A DNA stretch of 32,000 nt from Geotalea daltonii FRC-32. Its GTDB lineage: Bacteria; Desulfobacterota; Desulfuromonadia; Geobacterales; Geobacteraceae. This document shows positions 1-10,109 of the stretch, in pieces. Below the pieces are notes generated by a model. It was not told where the DNA came from. It saw only the letters and a list, made by a program, of their open reading frames with translations, and did not search any database. Both the position numbers and the translations under genes were made by a program. Numbering within the stretch: position 1 is the first letter of the stretch; every line of letters begins with the position of its first letter. The stretch is from the NCBI RefSeq assembly GCF_000022265.1, contig NC_011979.1, positions 3,060,001-3,092,000 of the forward strand, written 5' to 3'.

Positions 1-1
1 C

Positions 2-1507
2 CAGTCTGGCAGTACCGCATCCATCATCGTCATAGGATTCGTCAATGCCGGACTGATATCATTGTATCAAGCCCTGGCAGTCCTTCTCGGTACCGGCTTG
101 GGCACTACCATCGCTATCCAGTTCATTGCCTTCAAAATTTCCTTTTTCGCCTTGCCGATAATTTTTGTCGGGGTCATCTTAAGGTGCTTCAGCAGCAGAA
201 GGCGCTGGGTTAATGCCGGAACTCTGCTTTTGGGTGCAGGTCTGGTTTTTTTCGGCCTCCATCTTATGGAAAACGGTTTTGCTCCTTTAAAAAACAATAC
301 CCTCATCCACGGACTGGGTCAGCACTTTCTTGCCTGGCGATTGCCGGCCATGTTGCTGGGAGCTGTTCTCTCGTTCTTAATGCAGTCCAGCAGTGCTGCA
401 ATAGGCATTGTCATTGCCGTCGCCAGCAGTGGTCTGATAGGTTTCGACACTGCAGTGGCCATGGTCATCGGCGAATCACTCGGAAGTTCCCTTATCGCAG
501 CTATTGCCTCTATAAATGGTACTCTGACGGCAAAGAGAACCGCCCTTATCTACATCATCGTCAACCTGATTGCCATCAGCCTCGCCATGATCGTCTTTCC
601 TCTCTTTCTTCAACTGGTCAGGTCCTTTTCTCCAGGGGAGGCTGACCTCACCGTACGCGGTATTCAAACCCTGAATGTTTCTCCGCTCGCTTCCGAAACA
701 AAGCCTTTTATTGCCAGACATCTGGCCAATGCCCATACTATTTTCACTGTTTTCTCAGTCTTCTTGTTTCTGCCGTTGGTGGGTTTTTTTGCCAGATCGG
801 CGTCAATCATCGTTCCCGGCAGGGAAGGTGAAGGGGACATGGATCCCCGTCCGCGATTTCTTGACCATAGGGTAGTAAATACCCCAACCATTGCTCTTTT
901 ACAGGCAAAAAACGAGATCAAAAGAATGGCCCAGGTTGCCGGTACCATGTTTTTGGAAATGGCAGAGCAGTTCAACAGTTTCAATGTCCGCACTGCCAGC
1001 CGCCTCAAACAGAAGGAAGAACTTCTCGATATACTGCAACGGGACATTTCAGCATTTCTTATCACCCTTTCACGGCAACAACTCTCCACGGAAAATGCCA
1101 TGGAAATACCTGCCCTGCTTCAGCTCATCAATGATCTTGAACATCTGGGGGATCAGGTTGAAGCTATCATGGAGTATATGCGACGGAAAAAAGAGGACAA
1201 ACTCAGATTCTCAGGTGCGGCCATGTCCGAGATCAGAACCTTGTCAGCTCTTGTCTCACAGGTGGTAACGGTGGCAGTAGGTTCACTTGATACCCTACCG
1301 ATATCCTCGGATAGGGATGATCTGGAAAAGGTCATGGCTGAGATCGAATCTACACTGGCAACGCTACACCTGAGTCACATAAAAAGACTTCACAGTGGCA
1401 AATGCAGTGTCATAGCAGGTCTGCTTTTCTCCGATATCATCGCCTCCTTTGAGAAAATTGCACAGATTGCATACAACACGATCAAAACAAGCAGGGACTT
1501 GAAATGA
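2..1507 (+). CDS. Na+/phosphate cotransporter family protein with C-terminal PhoU-like helical region; 5' end lies upstream of the window
   Basis: The reading frame is open back to base 2 (QSGSTASIIVIGFVNAGLISLYQALAVLLGTGLGTT, a typical Na/Pi repeat motif), so the TTG at 62 in the ORF track is not the true start. Several hydrophobic helices are followed by a soluble helical C-terminus. The stop overlaps the next start (ATGA at 1504). Confidence 0.8.
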   Translation, partial: QSGSTASIIVIGFVNAGLISLYQALAVLLGTGLGTTIAIQFIAFKISFFALPIIFVGVILRCFSSRRRWVNAGTLLLGAGLVFFGLHLMENGFAPLKNNTLIHGLGQHFLAWRLPAMLLGAVLSFLMQSSSAAIGIVIAVASSGLIGFDTAVAMVIGESLGSSLIAAIASINGTLTAKRTALIYIIVNLIAISLAMIVFPLFLQLVRSFSPGEADLTVRGIQTLNVSPLASETKPFIARHLANAHTIFTVFSVFLFLPLVGFFARSASIIVPGREGEGDMDPRPRFLDHRVVNTPTIALLQAKNEIKRMAQVAGTMFLEMAEQFNSFNVRTASRLKQKEELLDILQRDISAFLITLSRQQLSTENAMEIPALLQLINDLEHLGDQVEAIMEYMRRKKEDKLRFSGAAMSEIRTLSALVSQVVTVAVGSLDTLPISSDRDDLEKVMAEIESTLATLHLSHIKRLHSGKCSVIAGLLFSDIIASFEKIAQIAYNTIKTSRDLK

Positions 1508-2409
1508 CAGAACTTAAAGCATCAATTGATCTTGGAACAAACACCGCTCGTCTGCTGATCGGCTTCAAGGAAGATGAACATACAATCAGGCAGGTACTCC
1601 TGAAACGGCAGATTACCAGACTCGGGGGAGGCTTTACCCGTGAAAGCGGAATTTCACCAGAAGCTGAAGCCAGATCTCTTGCCGCCATGCAGGAGTTCGC
1701 TGGCGAAATCCTGCGCCACAACGTCGGCAAAATCCGTGCTGTTGCCACCAGCGCCGTCCGGGATGCGACTAACGGAGCTGAATTTTGCCGCAAGGTCTTT
1801 GATGAAACGGGTATACAGCTTCAGGTCATTTCCGGTGAACAGGAGGCTCTTTTTACCCTGCGCGGCGTACTGGCTGGCCTTGATAACAAAAAAGGGAAGT
1901 TCCTCGTTTTCGACGTGGGTGGTGGCAGCACCGAATATACCCTTGCTGAAGACAGCTTGCCGGTTTTCACCCGGAGCCTTCCCTTGGGTGTGGTGCGACT
2001 TACCGAAGGAAAATCCGGCCCTGAGGCAATGACGGAGAAGATCCGCCGTGAACTGGCTGCACTGGGTGGAGAAATGAACAGATCGGCAGTAGACTTGGGC
2101 GGGACTATTCTGGTGGGCACCGCCGGCACGGCGACCACCCTGGCAGCAATCCATATGGAGATGACGGATTATGATTACCGGCTGGTCAACAACCATACCA
2201 TGGCACTGGCAGACATAGAGAAAATCCATGCTCGCCTTCTTCCACTATCGCCGGAAGAGCGGCTGAAGGTGAAAGGGCTGGAAAAGGGGAGGGAAGACCT
2301 GATTGTGGCCGGGACCCTGATAACGATCAACACCATGAAACACTTCGGTTTCAACAGTCTCAAAATCAGCGATTTCGGGCAGCTGGAAGGGTTGTTGCTC
2401 GAGGATTAA
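1504..2409 (+). CDS. Ppx/GppA-family phosphatase (short, about 300 aa form)
   Basis: N-terminal ASKHA phosphate-1 motif IDLGTNTARLLIG, then VFDVGGGSTEY and LVGTAGTATTLA motifs. Translationally coupled to the Na/Pi transporter gene. Confidence 0.8.
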   Translation: MTELKASIDLGTNTARLLIGFKEDEHTIRQVLLKRQITRLGGGFTRESGISPEAEARSLAAMQEFAGEILRHNVGKIRAVATSAVRDATNGAEFCRKVFDETGIQLQVISGEQEALFTLRGVLAGLDNKKGKFLVFDVGGGSTEYTLAEDSLPVFTRSLPLGVVRLTEGKSGPEAMTEKIRRELAALGGEMNRSAVDLGGTILVGTAGTATTLAAIHMEMTDYDYRLVNNHTMALADIEKIHARLLPLSPEERLKVKGLEKGREDLIVAGTLITINTMKHFGFNSLKISDFGQLEGLLLED

Positions 2410-2572
2410 AAGGGCCTTGTTGGCTCATATGCAGTTATTGCCGTAAAAGCACATCTTGACGATAAATCCCCTTCGTTCGGTTCAAGTCGGCTCCCCCAGA
2501 AGACTAATCTGAAACATTTCATCGTCAACCTGCTACACAGCCGATTCGGTGTAACCCCGTTCTACAAACAGA

Positions 2573-2601
2573 TTGACTATGCCTGCTTCTTTCTGTATAT
2601 T
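2573..2601 (+). promoter_or_regulatory. sigma70-type promoter of the iorA operon
   Basis: TTGACT (2573-2578), a 17-nt spacer, then TATATT (2596-2601), about 55 nt upstream of the iorA ATG. RBS AAAAAGGTG precedes 2655. Confidence 0.55.
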
Positions 2602-2654
2602 TTTGGCTCTTTACGGGGCTCGATCCCCTTATTTTATTTGAAAAAAGGTGTCTA

Positions 2655-4409
2655 ATGAAGGAAATTCTTTCCGGCAACGAGGCAATTGCCCGCGGTGCCT
2701 TCGAAGCAGGGGTAAGGGTAGCCAGTGCTTATCCGGGCACCCCTTCCACAGAAATACTTGAAAACATCGTGCAGTATAAAAACATCGATGCGTCTTGGGC
2801 GCCAAACGAGAAAGTTGCATTAGAGGTGGGTATCGGCGCCTCTTTTGGCGGTGGCAGGGCACTGGTCACCATGAAACATGTGGGCGTCAATGTTGCCGCA
2901 GACCCGCTCTTCACTTTTTCCTACACCGGTGTCAATGGCGGGCTTGTCCTGGTCAGTGCGGACGACCCTGAAATGCATTCTTCCCAGAATGAACAGGATA
3001 ATCGTAATTATGCCAGGTTTGCCAAGGTGCCCATGCTGGAGCCGTCAGATTCCCAGGAGTGCAAGGACTTCACCCGGCTGGCTTTCGACATATCCGAACA
3101 GTTTGACACCCCGGTCATGCTGCGCACCACCACCCGTACTTCCCATGGCAAATCAATTGTAACTCTGGAAGAGCCTGTTACCGGTTTGCCCATTCCAAAA
3201 CTGACCAGGAACGCTGCTAAATTCGTCATGCTTCCCGGCAACGCCAAGGTCCGTCATCCGTTTATCGAAGAGAGGACTCTCAAGCTCAAAGAGTACGGGA
3301 AAAATCTTCCCATCAACCGCGTGGAAATTAGGGATACTGCCATCGGCGTTATCACATCGGGCGTCCCCTACCAGTATGTGCGCGAAGTATTGCCAGAGGC
3401 CTCGGTGCTGAAGCTTGGCATGGTCTACCCCCTGCCGGACCAATTGATCCGCGAATTTGCGGCAAAGGTCGATAAGCTCTATGTGGTCGAGGAACTCGAT
3501 CCATTCATGGAAGAACAGATAAAGGCTCTCGGCATCACTGTCCTCGGCAAGGAAATCATTCCTGTCTGTGGTGAACTGACCCCAGGCATCCTGCGCAAAG
3601 CCTTCAATTTGCCCGAGCCGGAAAAAAACATCGTAGAGAAGCTGCCGGGGCGGCCTCCCAACATGTGTCCGGGGTGTCCCCATCGTGGCGTCTTCTATAC
3701 CCTCAATCAACTGAAAGCTTATGTCACCGGGGATATAGGCTGCTACACCCTTGGCTTCCTGCCCCCCCTTTCCGCCATGGACACCTGCGTCTGCATGGGG
3801 GCCAGCATCGGCAATGCCACCGGCATCACCAAGGTTCTCTCCCCGGAGGAACAGAAAAAAATCGTGGCTGTCATCGGCGATTCAACCTTTCTCCATTCGG
3901 GCATAACAGGTCTGCTGGACATGGTTTACAACAAGGCGCCCGCCACGGTCATCATCCTCGACAATCGCATTACCGCCATGACCGGCAGACAGGAAAATCC
4001 CGCCTCCGGCTATACCCTCATGGGCGAAGAAACCTTTCAGGTCGATCTGCCCCAGTTGGTAAGCGCTTTGGGGGTAAAAAATATCAGAACCCTTGATCCA
4101 CTAGATCTTGCCGAAACAAAAAAGGTCCTGCAGGAAGAGATGGACAGAGCTGAGCCATCGGTAATCATCACCCAAAGGCCATGCGTGCTCATCAAGAGGG
4201 AAGGGGTCTTCAAGAGAGGAAATACTTTCGAAGTGGACCTGGAGCTCTGCACGGGGTGCCGGGCCTGCCTGAAGCTCGGCTGTCCTGCTATCATCTGGCA
4301 GGCGGAGGGGGAGAAAAAAGGGAAGGCAACCATTGATCCACAGCTCTGCACGGGCTGCACCATCTGTGAGCAGGTCTGCAAATTCAACGCAATCGGGGCA
4401 AAAAAATGA
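2655..4409 (+). CDS. iorA: indolepyruvate (arylpyruvate):ferredoxin oxidoreductase subunit alpha
   Basis: 584 aa. N-terminal MKEILSGNEAIARGAFEAGV..AYPGTPSTEI. TPP-binding GDSTF..LDN region. C-terminal double 4Fe-4S ferredoxin motifs CTGCRACLKLGCP and CTGCTICEQVC. Followed by the small beta subunit with an ATGA overlap. Confidence 0.9.
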   Translation: MKEILSGNEAIARGAFEAGVRVASAYPGTPSTEILENIVQYKNIDASWAPNEKVALEVGIGASFGGGRALVTMKHVGVNVAADPLFTFSYTGVNGGLVLVSADDPEMHSSQNEQDNRNYARFAKVPMLEPSDSQECKDFTRLAFDISEQFDTPVMLRTTTRTSHGKSIVTLEEPVTGLPIPKLTRNAAKFVMLPGNAKVRHPFIEERTLKLKEYGKNLPINRVEIRDTAIGVITSGVPYQYVREVLPEASVLKLGMVYPLPDQLIREFAAKVDKLYVVEELDPFMEEQIKALGITVLGKEIIPVCGELTPGILRKAFNLPEPEKNIVEKLPGRPPNMCPGCPHRGVFYTLNQLKAYVTGDIGCYTLGFLPPLSAMDTCVCMGASIGNATGITKVLSPEEQKKIVAVIGDSTFLHSGITGLLDMVYNKAPATVIILDNRITAMTGRQENPASGYTLMGEETFQVDLPQLVSALGVKNIRTLDPLDLAETKKVLQEEMDRAEPSVIITQRPCVLIKREGVFKRGNTFEVDLELCTGCRACLKLGCPAIIWQAEGEKKGKATIDPQLCTGCTICEQVCKFNAIGAKK

Positions 4410-4987
4410 GCGGCAAGATTACCAATATACTCATGGTAGGTGTGGGCGGACAGGGAACCCTTCTCGCCTCTGAAATACTCTCCGAAGTTCTCAAGGAGGC
4501 GGGTTTCGACGTGAAGAAAAGCGAGATCCACGGCATGTCCCAGCGAGGCGGCAGTGTCGTTTCTCACGTGCGCTTCGGTAATGAAGTCAATTCACCGATA
4601 ATTCCCGAAGGAGAGGCCGACATTCTGCTCGGTTTCGAACTGCTCGAATCCTATCGCTACCTGCCTTTGTTGAAAAAAGGATGCAAGCTGGTCGTCAATG
4701 ATCTGAAAATAAACCCTTCCATCGTTTCCACCGGGGGAGAAGCCTACCCTGAAGGGCTGGAAGAGAAGATCCGGCAGCGTTTTCCCGACTGCATTCTTCT
4801 TGACGGTCTGAAGCTTGCCACCTCTGCCGGCAATGCCAAAACTGCAAACACTGTGTTGATCGGTGCCCTCTCTAAACGCCTGGATATAGATGAAAAATAC
4901 TGGCTTGCAGCCATTGGAAAAATGGTTCCCCCCAAAGCTGTAGAAATAAACCGGAAGGCATTTTACCTCGGCAGGGAAGCAGCTTGA
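4406..4987 (+). CDS. iorB: indolepyruvate:ferredoxin oxidoreductase subunit beta
   Basis: 193 aa. [29 protein letters not shown] is typical of the 2-oxoacid:ferredoxin oxidoreductase gamma/IorB domain. Start overlaps the iorA stop. Confidence 0.85.
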   Translation: MSGKITNILMVGVGGQGTLLASEILSEVLKEAGFDVKKSEIHGMSQRGGSVVSHVRFGNEVNSPIIPEGEADILLGFELLESYRYLPLLKKGCKLVVNDLKINPSIVSTGGEAYPEGLEEKIRQRFPDCILLDGLKLATSAGNAKTANTVLIGALSKRLDIDEKYWLAAIGKMVPPKAVEINRKAFYLGREAA

Positions 4988-5022
4988 CCACTTGCCGCAG
5001 TAATATTAAAGGGGTTTCTGCC

Positions 5023-6327
5023 ATGTTCAATGAAGAATTTGAAACTCTTCCCAGACCGGCGCTGGAAGCACTGCAGCTTAAACGTTTGCAGACTATGCTG
5101 GAGCGCATCTATGCCAATGTTCCCTTTTATAAAAATGCCCTGGACAAGGCAGGAGTAAAACCGGGACAGATAACGTCATTGGCCGACCTGCAGCGACTCC
5201 CCTTCACCTACAAGCAGGATATGCGGGACAGTTATCCCTATGGCCTCTTTGCCGCAAAAATGGAAGACATTGTTCGCATTCATGCCTCTTCCGGCACCAC
5301 CGGCAAACCGACAGTGGTTGGCTATACCCGCAAGGATATCGAGACATGGTCCGAACTGATGGCCCGTTCCTTCGCAGCTGCCGGCGTCCACAGGGGTGAC
5401 ATCATCCATAACTCCTATGGTTACGGCCTCTTCACCGGCGGTCTCGGTGCCCATTACGGCGCAGAGAGGCTGGGAGCCTCGGTTATTCCCATGTCGGGGG
5501 GAAATACCAAAAAGCAGATCATGATCATGAAAGATTTCGGTTCGACTGTCCTGACTTGTACACCCTCATATTCCTTGTTTATGGCCGAATCGGCAGTGGA
5601 GGAGGATGTGGATTTCAGGAATCTCAGTCTGCGGGTCGGCATTTTCGGTGCCGAACCATGGTCAGACTCCATGCGCAAGGAGATCGAGGGCAAGCTGAAC
5701 CTGTCTGCCATAGACATATACGGACTGTCGGAAATCATGGGGCCGGGCGTCGCCATAGAATGCCAGCAGGCAAAGCAGGGGCTGCATATCTGGGAAGATC
5801 ACTTCATTCCGGAGATTATCGATCCCATAACAGGAGAGGTGCTTCCTCCAGGCACAAAGGGGGAACTGGTCATAACGACCATCACCAAGGAAGGCATCCC
5901 GCTCTTGCGCTACCGGACCAGGGACATTACCAGTATCACCTTCGAGCCATGTGTTTGTGGCAGAACCCATGCACGGATCGCCAGGATGAGCGGCCGGAGC
6001 GATGACATGCTCATCATCCGCGGCGTGAATGTCTTCCCGTCCCAGATTGAGTCGATCCTCATGGGAATCGAGGGGGTCGAACCCCATTACGTGCTGATCG
6101 TCGAGCGTAAGGGAAACCTGGATGTCCTGGAAGTGCAGGTGGAGGTTGGAGAAAACCTCTTTTCCGATGAAGTCAAACACCTTCAGGCTCTTTCCCATTC
6201 CATCGAAAAAGAGATCAAGGATATGCTGGGCGTAAGCTGCAAGGTGCGGCTGGTTGAGCCGAAAACCATCGCCCGTAGCGAAGGCAAAGCGAAACGGGTT
6301 ATCGACAACAGGACCATGGGGAACTGA
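5023..6327 (+). CDS. paaK: phenylacetate-CoA ligase family protein (copy 1)
   Basis: I place the start at ATG 5023 (RBS AAAGGGG at 5008-5014). This gives 434 aa, the same length as the paralogue at 12583. AMP-binding motif [15 protein letters not shown]-terminal [20 protein letters not shown]. Confidence 0.85.
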   Translation: MFNEEFETLPRPALEALQLKRLQTMLERIYANVPFYKNALDKAGVKPGQITSLADLQRLPFTYKQDMRDSYPYGLFAAKMEDIVRIHASSGTTGKPTVVGYTRKDIETWSELMARSFAAAGVHRGDIIHNSYGYGLFTGGLGAHYGAERLGASVIPMSGGNTKKQIMIMKDFGSTVLTCTPSYSLFMAESAVEEDVDFRNLSLRVGIFGAEPWSDSMRKEIEGKLNLSAIDIYGLSEIMGPGVAIECQQAKQGLHIWEDHFIPEIIDPITGEVLPPGTKGELVITTITKEGIPLLRYRTRDITSITFEPCVCGRTHARIARMSGRSDDMLIIRGVNVFPSQIESILMGIEGVEPHYVLIVERKGNLDVLEVQVEVGENLFSDEVKHLQALSHSIEKEIKDMLGVSCKVRLVEPKTIARSEGKAKRVIDNRTMGN

Positions 6328-6376
6328 AACTGTTCAGATGGTTGCAGACCAAAAAATCCATTTACCGGAGGTATCG

Positions 6377-6808
6377 ATGCAGGTAGAACAGATCTCCATT
6401 TTCATTGAAAACAAGTCTGGTCGTCTGGCAGAGGTGACAAGGATCCTTGGGGAAAACGACATCAATATCCGCACACTCTCCCTTGCCGACACCTCGGATT
6501 TCGGGATTCTGCGGCTCATCGTAAATGATCGGGAAAAGGCATGCGGTGTGCTTAAGAGCAATGGCTTTACCGTCAATAGGACGGAGGTGGTAGCCGTGGA
6601 GGTCCCCGATCGTCCCGGAGGCCTCTCTGCAATTCTCCAGGCCCTGGACAGGGAATCCATCAACGTGGAATACATGTATGCCTTCGTGGAGCGATGCGGT
6701 GAAAATGCGGTCATGATTTTCCGTTTCGACGAAACGGCAAAGGCTATCGAAACCCTTCTGAATAATAATTTCAACATCCTGCCCGGTGAGCGGCTCTACA
6801 GCATGTAA
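6377..6808 (+). CDS. ACT domain-containing (amino-acid-binding) protein
   Basis: ATG 6377 follows GGAG (6367-6370). 143 aa with two ACT-like halves ([26 protein letters not shown] and [19 protein letters not shown]). The longer ORF-track start at 6254 would overlap paaK. Confidence 0.75.
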   Translation: MQVEQISIFIENKSGRLAEVTRILGENDINIRTLSLADTSDFGILRLIVNDREKACGVLKSNGFTVNRTEVVAVEVPDRPGGLSAILQALDRESINVEYMYAFVERCGENAVMIFRFDETAKAIETLLNNNFNILPGERLYSM

Positions 6809-6826
6809 CCCCATTAAGGAGCAAGC

Positions 6827-7966
6827 ATGAAAAAGATCGTTTCGTATGCAATAGCAATGGTGACGTGCTTTTCTGTAAGCACGGCAACGGCAGCACCTTT
6901 CGTCCGCATCGGTGCATTATTCTCCGTTACCGGTCCTGCTTCCTTTCTTGGGGAACCTGAGAAAAACACACTGGAGATGCTGGTCAAGGAAATCAACGAA
7001 AATGGGGGGATCAACGGCACCAAACTGGAGGCCGTTATTTATGATACCGGTGGTGACGCCACCAAGGCAAAGCAGCTGGTCAACAAACTGATCAAGAATG
7101 ACAAGGTGTCGGTCATCATCGGACCAAGCACCACCGGCGAATCCATGGCCATTATCGACGACGTGGAAAGAGCGGGTATTCCGCTTATTTCCTGTGCTGC
7201 GGGACTAAAGATTACCGAGCCGGTGAAGAAGTGGGTTTTTAAAACTCCTGCCAACGATCATGTTGCCGCTGAAAAGATCATGAACTACATGGCGAAGCAG
7301 AAGCAGAAATCCTTCGCCCTGCTGACGGTAACCGACGGTTTTGGCCAGTCGGGCCGGGAACAGATCAAGGCTCTGGCCAGGCAGAAAGGGCTGAAGATTG
7401 TTGCCGATGAAGTTTACGGGCCGAAAGATACTGATATGACGGCACAGCTGACCAAGATCAGGGGGCTGAAGCCCGACGCCATCATCTGCTGGGGGACCAA
7501 TCCAGGGCCGGCAGTGATTACCAAGAACATCAAGCAACTGGGGATCAAGACTCCCATCTACATGAGTCATGGTGTGGCATCAAAGAAATATATCCAGTTG
7601 GCTGGCGCCGATGCCGCAGAAGGTGTAATGCTGCCAGCCGGCAAACTGGCCATCTATGATGTTCTGCCAAAAACCGACGCCCAGTACAAACTGCTGAAAT
7701 CCTATGACAGTTCTTACAAAAAGGCTTACGGTACCGAAGCTTCCACATTCGGTGGCTATGCCTATGATGCTTTTCTTCTGCTGACCCAGGCCATTAAGAA
7801 GTCAGGAACTACCCCGGAGCAGATCCGCAACGGTATAGAGCAGGCCCGCAAACTGGTCAGCATCTCCGGAGTCTTCAACATGTCGCCCACAAACCACAAT
7901 GGTCTTGATCTCTCCGCATTTGAAATGGTCAGGGTAACCAAAGGTGACTGGGTGGTCATCAAGTAA
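6827..7966 (+). CDS. ABC transporter periplasmic substrate-binding protein, LivJ/Leu-Ile-Val-binding family (paralogue 1)
   Basis: 379 aa with a signal peptide (..STATAAPF). Type I periplasmic binding fold motifs IGALFSVTGPASFLGE and IIGPSTTGES. Confidence 0.85.
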   Translation: MKKIVSYAIAMVTCFSVSTATAAPFVRIGALFSVTGPASFLGEPEKNTLEMLVKEINENGGINGTKLEAVIYDTGGDATKAKQLVNKLIKNDKVSVIIGPSTTGESMAIIDDVERAGIPLISCAAGLKITEPVKKWVFKTPANDHVAAEKIMNYMAKQKQKSFALLTVTDGFGQSGREQIKALARQKGLKIVADEVYGPKDTDMTAQLTKIRGLKPDAIICWGTNPGPAVITKNIKQLGIKTPIYMSHGVASKKYIQLAGADAAEGVMLPAGKLAIYDVLPKTDAQYKLLKSYDSSYKKAYGTEASTFGGYAYDAFLLLTQAIKKSGTTPEQIRNGIEQARKLVSISGVFNMSPTNHNGLDLSAFEMVRVTKGDWVVIK

Positions 7967-8001
7967 TCTGAAGTTTTGAAATAATATTATCGGGGGGTCA
8001 T

Positions 8002-9141
8002 ATGCGGCACAGATTATTGCCATTTATTTCTGCAGCAACCTTGATACTGTCCAGCGTAACAGCCTTTGCGGCGCCAACCATAAAAATCGGCGCACTTTTT
8101 TCCGTTACCGGCCCGGCTGCTTTCCTTGGCGAACCAGAGCGCAATACTGCCGTAATGGTTGTTGATCAAATCAACAAGGCAGGGGGCATCAAGGGCAAGA
8201 AGCTTGAGCTGGTGGTTTACGACACCGGCGGTGACGCAACGAAAGCCAAACAGCTGGTCAACAAGCTGATCAAGAATGACAAAGTCTCGGCAATCATCGG
8301 CCCCAGTACTACCGGTGAATCCATGGCAATCATCAATGACGTGGAAAAGGCAGGTATACCTCTGATTTCCTGTTCAGCAGGAATAAAAATTACCGAGCCT
8401 GCCAAAAAGTGGGTCTTCAAGACTGCCCAGAATGATTCCCTTGCCGTGGCCAGGATATACGACTACCTGCAGAAGCACAAGCTGACCAAGGTAGCCATCC
8501 TCACCGTTTCCGACGGTTTCGGCCAGTCCGGCCGCGAGCAGCTTAAGGCCCAGGCTGCCAGGTATGGCATCTCCGTTATTTCCGATGATACTTACGGACC
8601 GAAAGATACCGACATGTCGGCACAACTGACGAAGGTCAGAGGCTCCAAGGCCCAGGCGCTCATTTGCTGGGGGACCAATCCCGGGCCGGCGGTTGTTGCC
8701 AAGAATGCACGCCAGCTGGGCATCAAAATTCCCCTATTCATGAGTCATGGGGTCTCCTCGAAGAAATTCATTCAACTGGCGGGGGATGCAGCCGAAGGGA
8801 TCAAGCTGCCGTCAGGTAAGGTTATAGTTGCCGATGTGCTGCCCGCCTCAGATCCTCAGAAGAAATCCCTCCTGTCCTTCGTCAACGACTATAAGAGGCA
8901 ATTCAAAGCTGAAGGCGACCATTTTGGCGGTCATGCCTGGGATGCGGTCATGCTCCTGAAAGGGGCCATCGAGAGGGGAGGGGATGCTCCTGCAGGTATC
9001 CGCAACCAACTGGAAAAGACCAGGCAGTTCCATGGCATTGGCGGTACCTTTACCTTTACGCCCAAGGACCATGCCGGTCTGGGCAAAGATGCCTTTGTTC
9101 TGGTGGAAGTTAAAAACAGGGACTGGGTCCTCGTCAAATAA
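8002..9141 (+). CDS. ABC transporter periplasmic substrate-binding protein, LivJ family (paralogue 2)
   Basis: 379 aa, colinear with the preceding protein and sharing long identical stretches (YDTGGDATKAKQLVNKLIKNDKVS, IGPSTTGESMAII). Signal peptide ..VTAFAAPT. Confidence 0.85.
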   Translation: MRHRLLPFISAATLILSSVTAFAAPTIKIGALFSVTGPAAFLGEPERNTAVMVVDQINKAGGIKGKKLELVVYDTGGDATKAKQLVNKLIKNDKVSAIIGPSTTGESMAIINDVEKAGIPLISCSAGIKITEPAKKWVFKTAQNDSLAVARIYDYLQKHKLTKVAILTVSDGFGQSGREQLKAQAARYGISVISDDTYGPKDTDMSAQLTKVRGSKAQALICWGTNPGPAVVAKNARQLGIKIPLFMSHGVSSKKFIQLAGDAAEGIKLPSGKVIVADVLPASDPQKKSLLSFVNDYKRQFKAEGDHFGGHAWDAVMLLKGAIERGGDAPAGIRNQLEKTRQFHGIGGTFTFTPKDHAGLGKDAFVLVEVKNRDWVLVK

Positions 9142-9174
9142 AGACAACCGGGCAGCACTTGCCCTGAATTAATC

Positions 9175-9207
9175 CACAGAGAGACACGGCTTACGTGTCT
9201 CTCTGTG
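9175..9207 (+). promoter_or_regulatory. intra-operon stem-loop (partial terminator or mRNA-stabilising hairpin)
   Basis: Perfect 14-bp stem CACAGAGAGACACG (9175-9188) / CGTGTCTCTCTGTG (9194-9207) with a 5-nt loop. No U-tract follows. It sits between the binding-protein genes and the permease genes. Confidence 0.5.
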
Positions 9208-9226
9208 CGTATGGATGCCGAGGTAA

Positions 9227-10108
9227 ATGCAGTTGGAACAGATCTTACAGTATTCTCTCTCAGGCCTTGCCACCGGAGCTATCTATGCATTGATCGGCAT
9301 CGGTTTCTCCATCATCTACAACGCCACCGGCATCATCAACTTTGCCCAGGGTGAGTTCGTCATGCTGGGCGGTATCCTGACCTTCTTTTTTTTGGACATC
9401 CTCCAGTTCCCCCTCTGGGGCGCTGTCCCCATGGCGGTGGCCGGTGCAACGCTGTGCGGACTTCTTTTCGAACGGCTGGCCATCCGTCCGCTTGCCAAGG
9501 CATCACCCATCAACCTTGTCATCATCACCATCGGCGGCAGCATCCTTATCAGGGGGCTGGCCATGCTCGTCTGGGGGAAAGACACCCATTCAGTTCCCTC
9601 TTTTTCCGGAGACGACCCCATCAGCATCGGCAGTGCCACATTGCTTCCCCAGCACCTGTGGATCATAGGCATTACCCTGGTGGTAATCTGCCTGAACAAA
9701 TATTTCTTCTACCATACCATCAGCGGCAAGGCCATGCGGGCCTGTGCCTACAACCCACGCGCAGCCGGCCTTGTCGGCATCGACGTGAAACGGATGGTGC
9801 TCCTGTCGTTCGTTATCAGCTCCGCCATGGGGTCCATGGCCGGCATCATCATCGCCCCGCTGACCATGACAGCCTATGATGTGGGGGTAATGCTCGGGCT
9901 CAAGGGCTTCTGTGCCGCGATCATCGGCGGTATGAGCACCGGGATGTCCGTAGTTGTCGGCGGGCTCCTGCTCGGGGTGCTGGAATCCCTCGGAGCGGGC
10001 ATGATTTCGTCCGGTTACAAGGATGCCATTGCCTTCATCATCCTGCTCCTCATTCTCTTCATCCGCCCCCAGGGGCTGTTCGGCAAAGCCGAGACGGAAC
10101 GGGTGTGA
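9227..10108 (+). CDS. livH: branched-chain amino acid-type ABC transporter permease
   Basis: 293 aa polytopic membrane protein with typical LivH motifs (INFAQGEFVMLG, AYNPRAAGLVGID). Confidence 0.9.
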   Translation: MQLEQILQYSLSGLATGAIYALIGIGFSIIYNATGIINFAQGEFVMLGGILTFFFLDILQFPLWGAVPMAVAGATLCGLLFERLAIRPLAKASPINLVIITIGGSILIRGLAMLVWGKDTHSVPSFSGDDPISIGSATLLPQHLWIIGITLVVICLNKYFFYHTISGKAMRACAYNPRAAGLVGIDVKRMVLLSFVISSAMGSMAGIIIAPLTMTAYDVGVMLGLKGFCAAIIGGMSTGMSVVVGGLLLGVLESLGAGMISSGYKDAIAFIILLLILFIRPQGLFGKAETERV

Positions 10109-10109
10109 C

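Noticed and set aside
62-64. The TTG at 62 offered by the ORF track as the start of the first gene.
   Set aside because: The frame is open to the window edge, and the upstream residues continue a conserved Na/Pi cotransporter motif. The gene is 5'-truncated by the window.
2468-2500. GGTTCAAGTC, reminiscent of a tRNA T-loop, upstream of iorA (a possible tRNA or att remnant).
   Set aside because: The flanking bases do not form a T-stem or an acceptor stem, and no CCA-compatible end or D or anticodon arms could be folded by eye.
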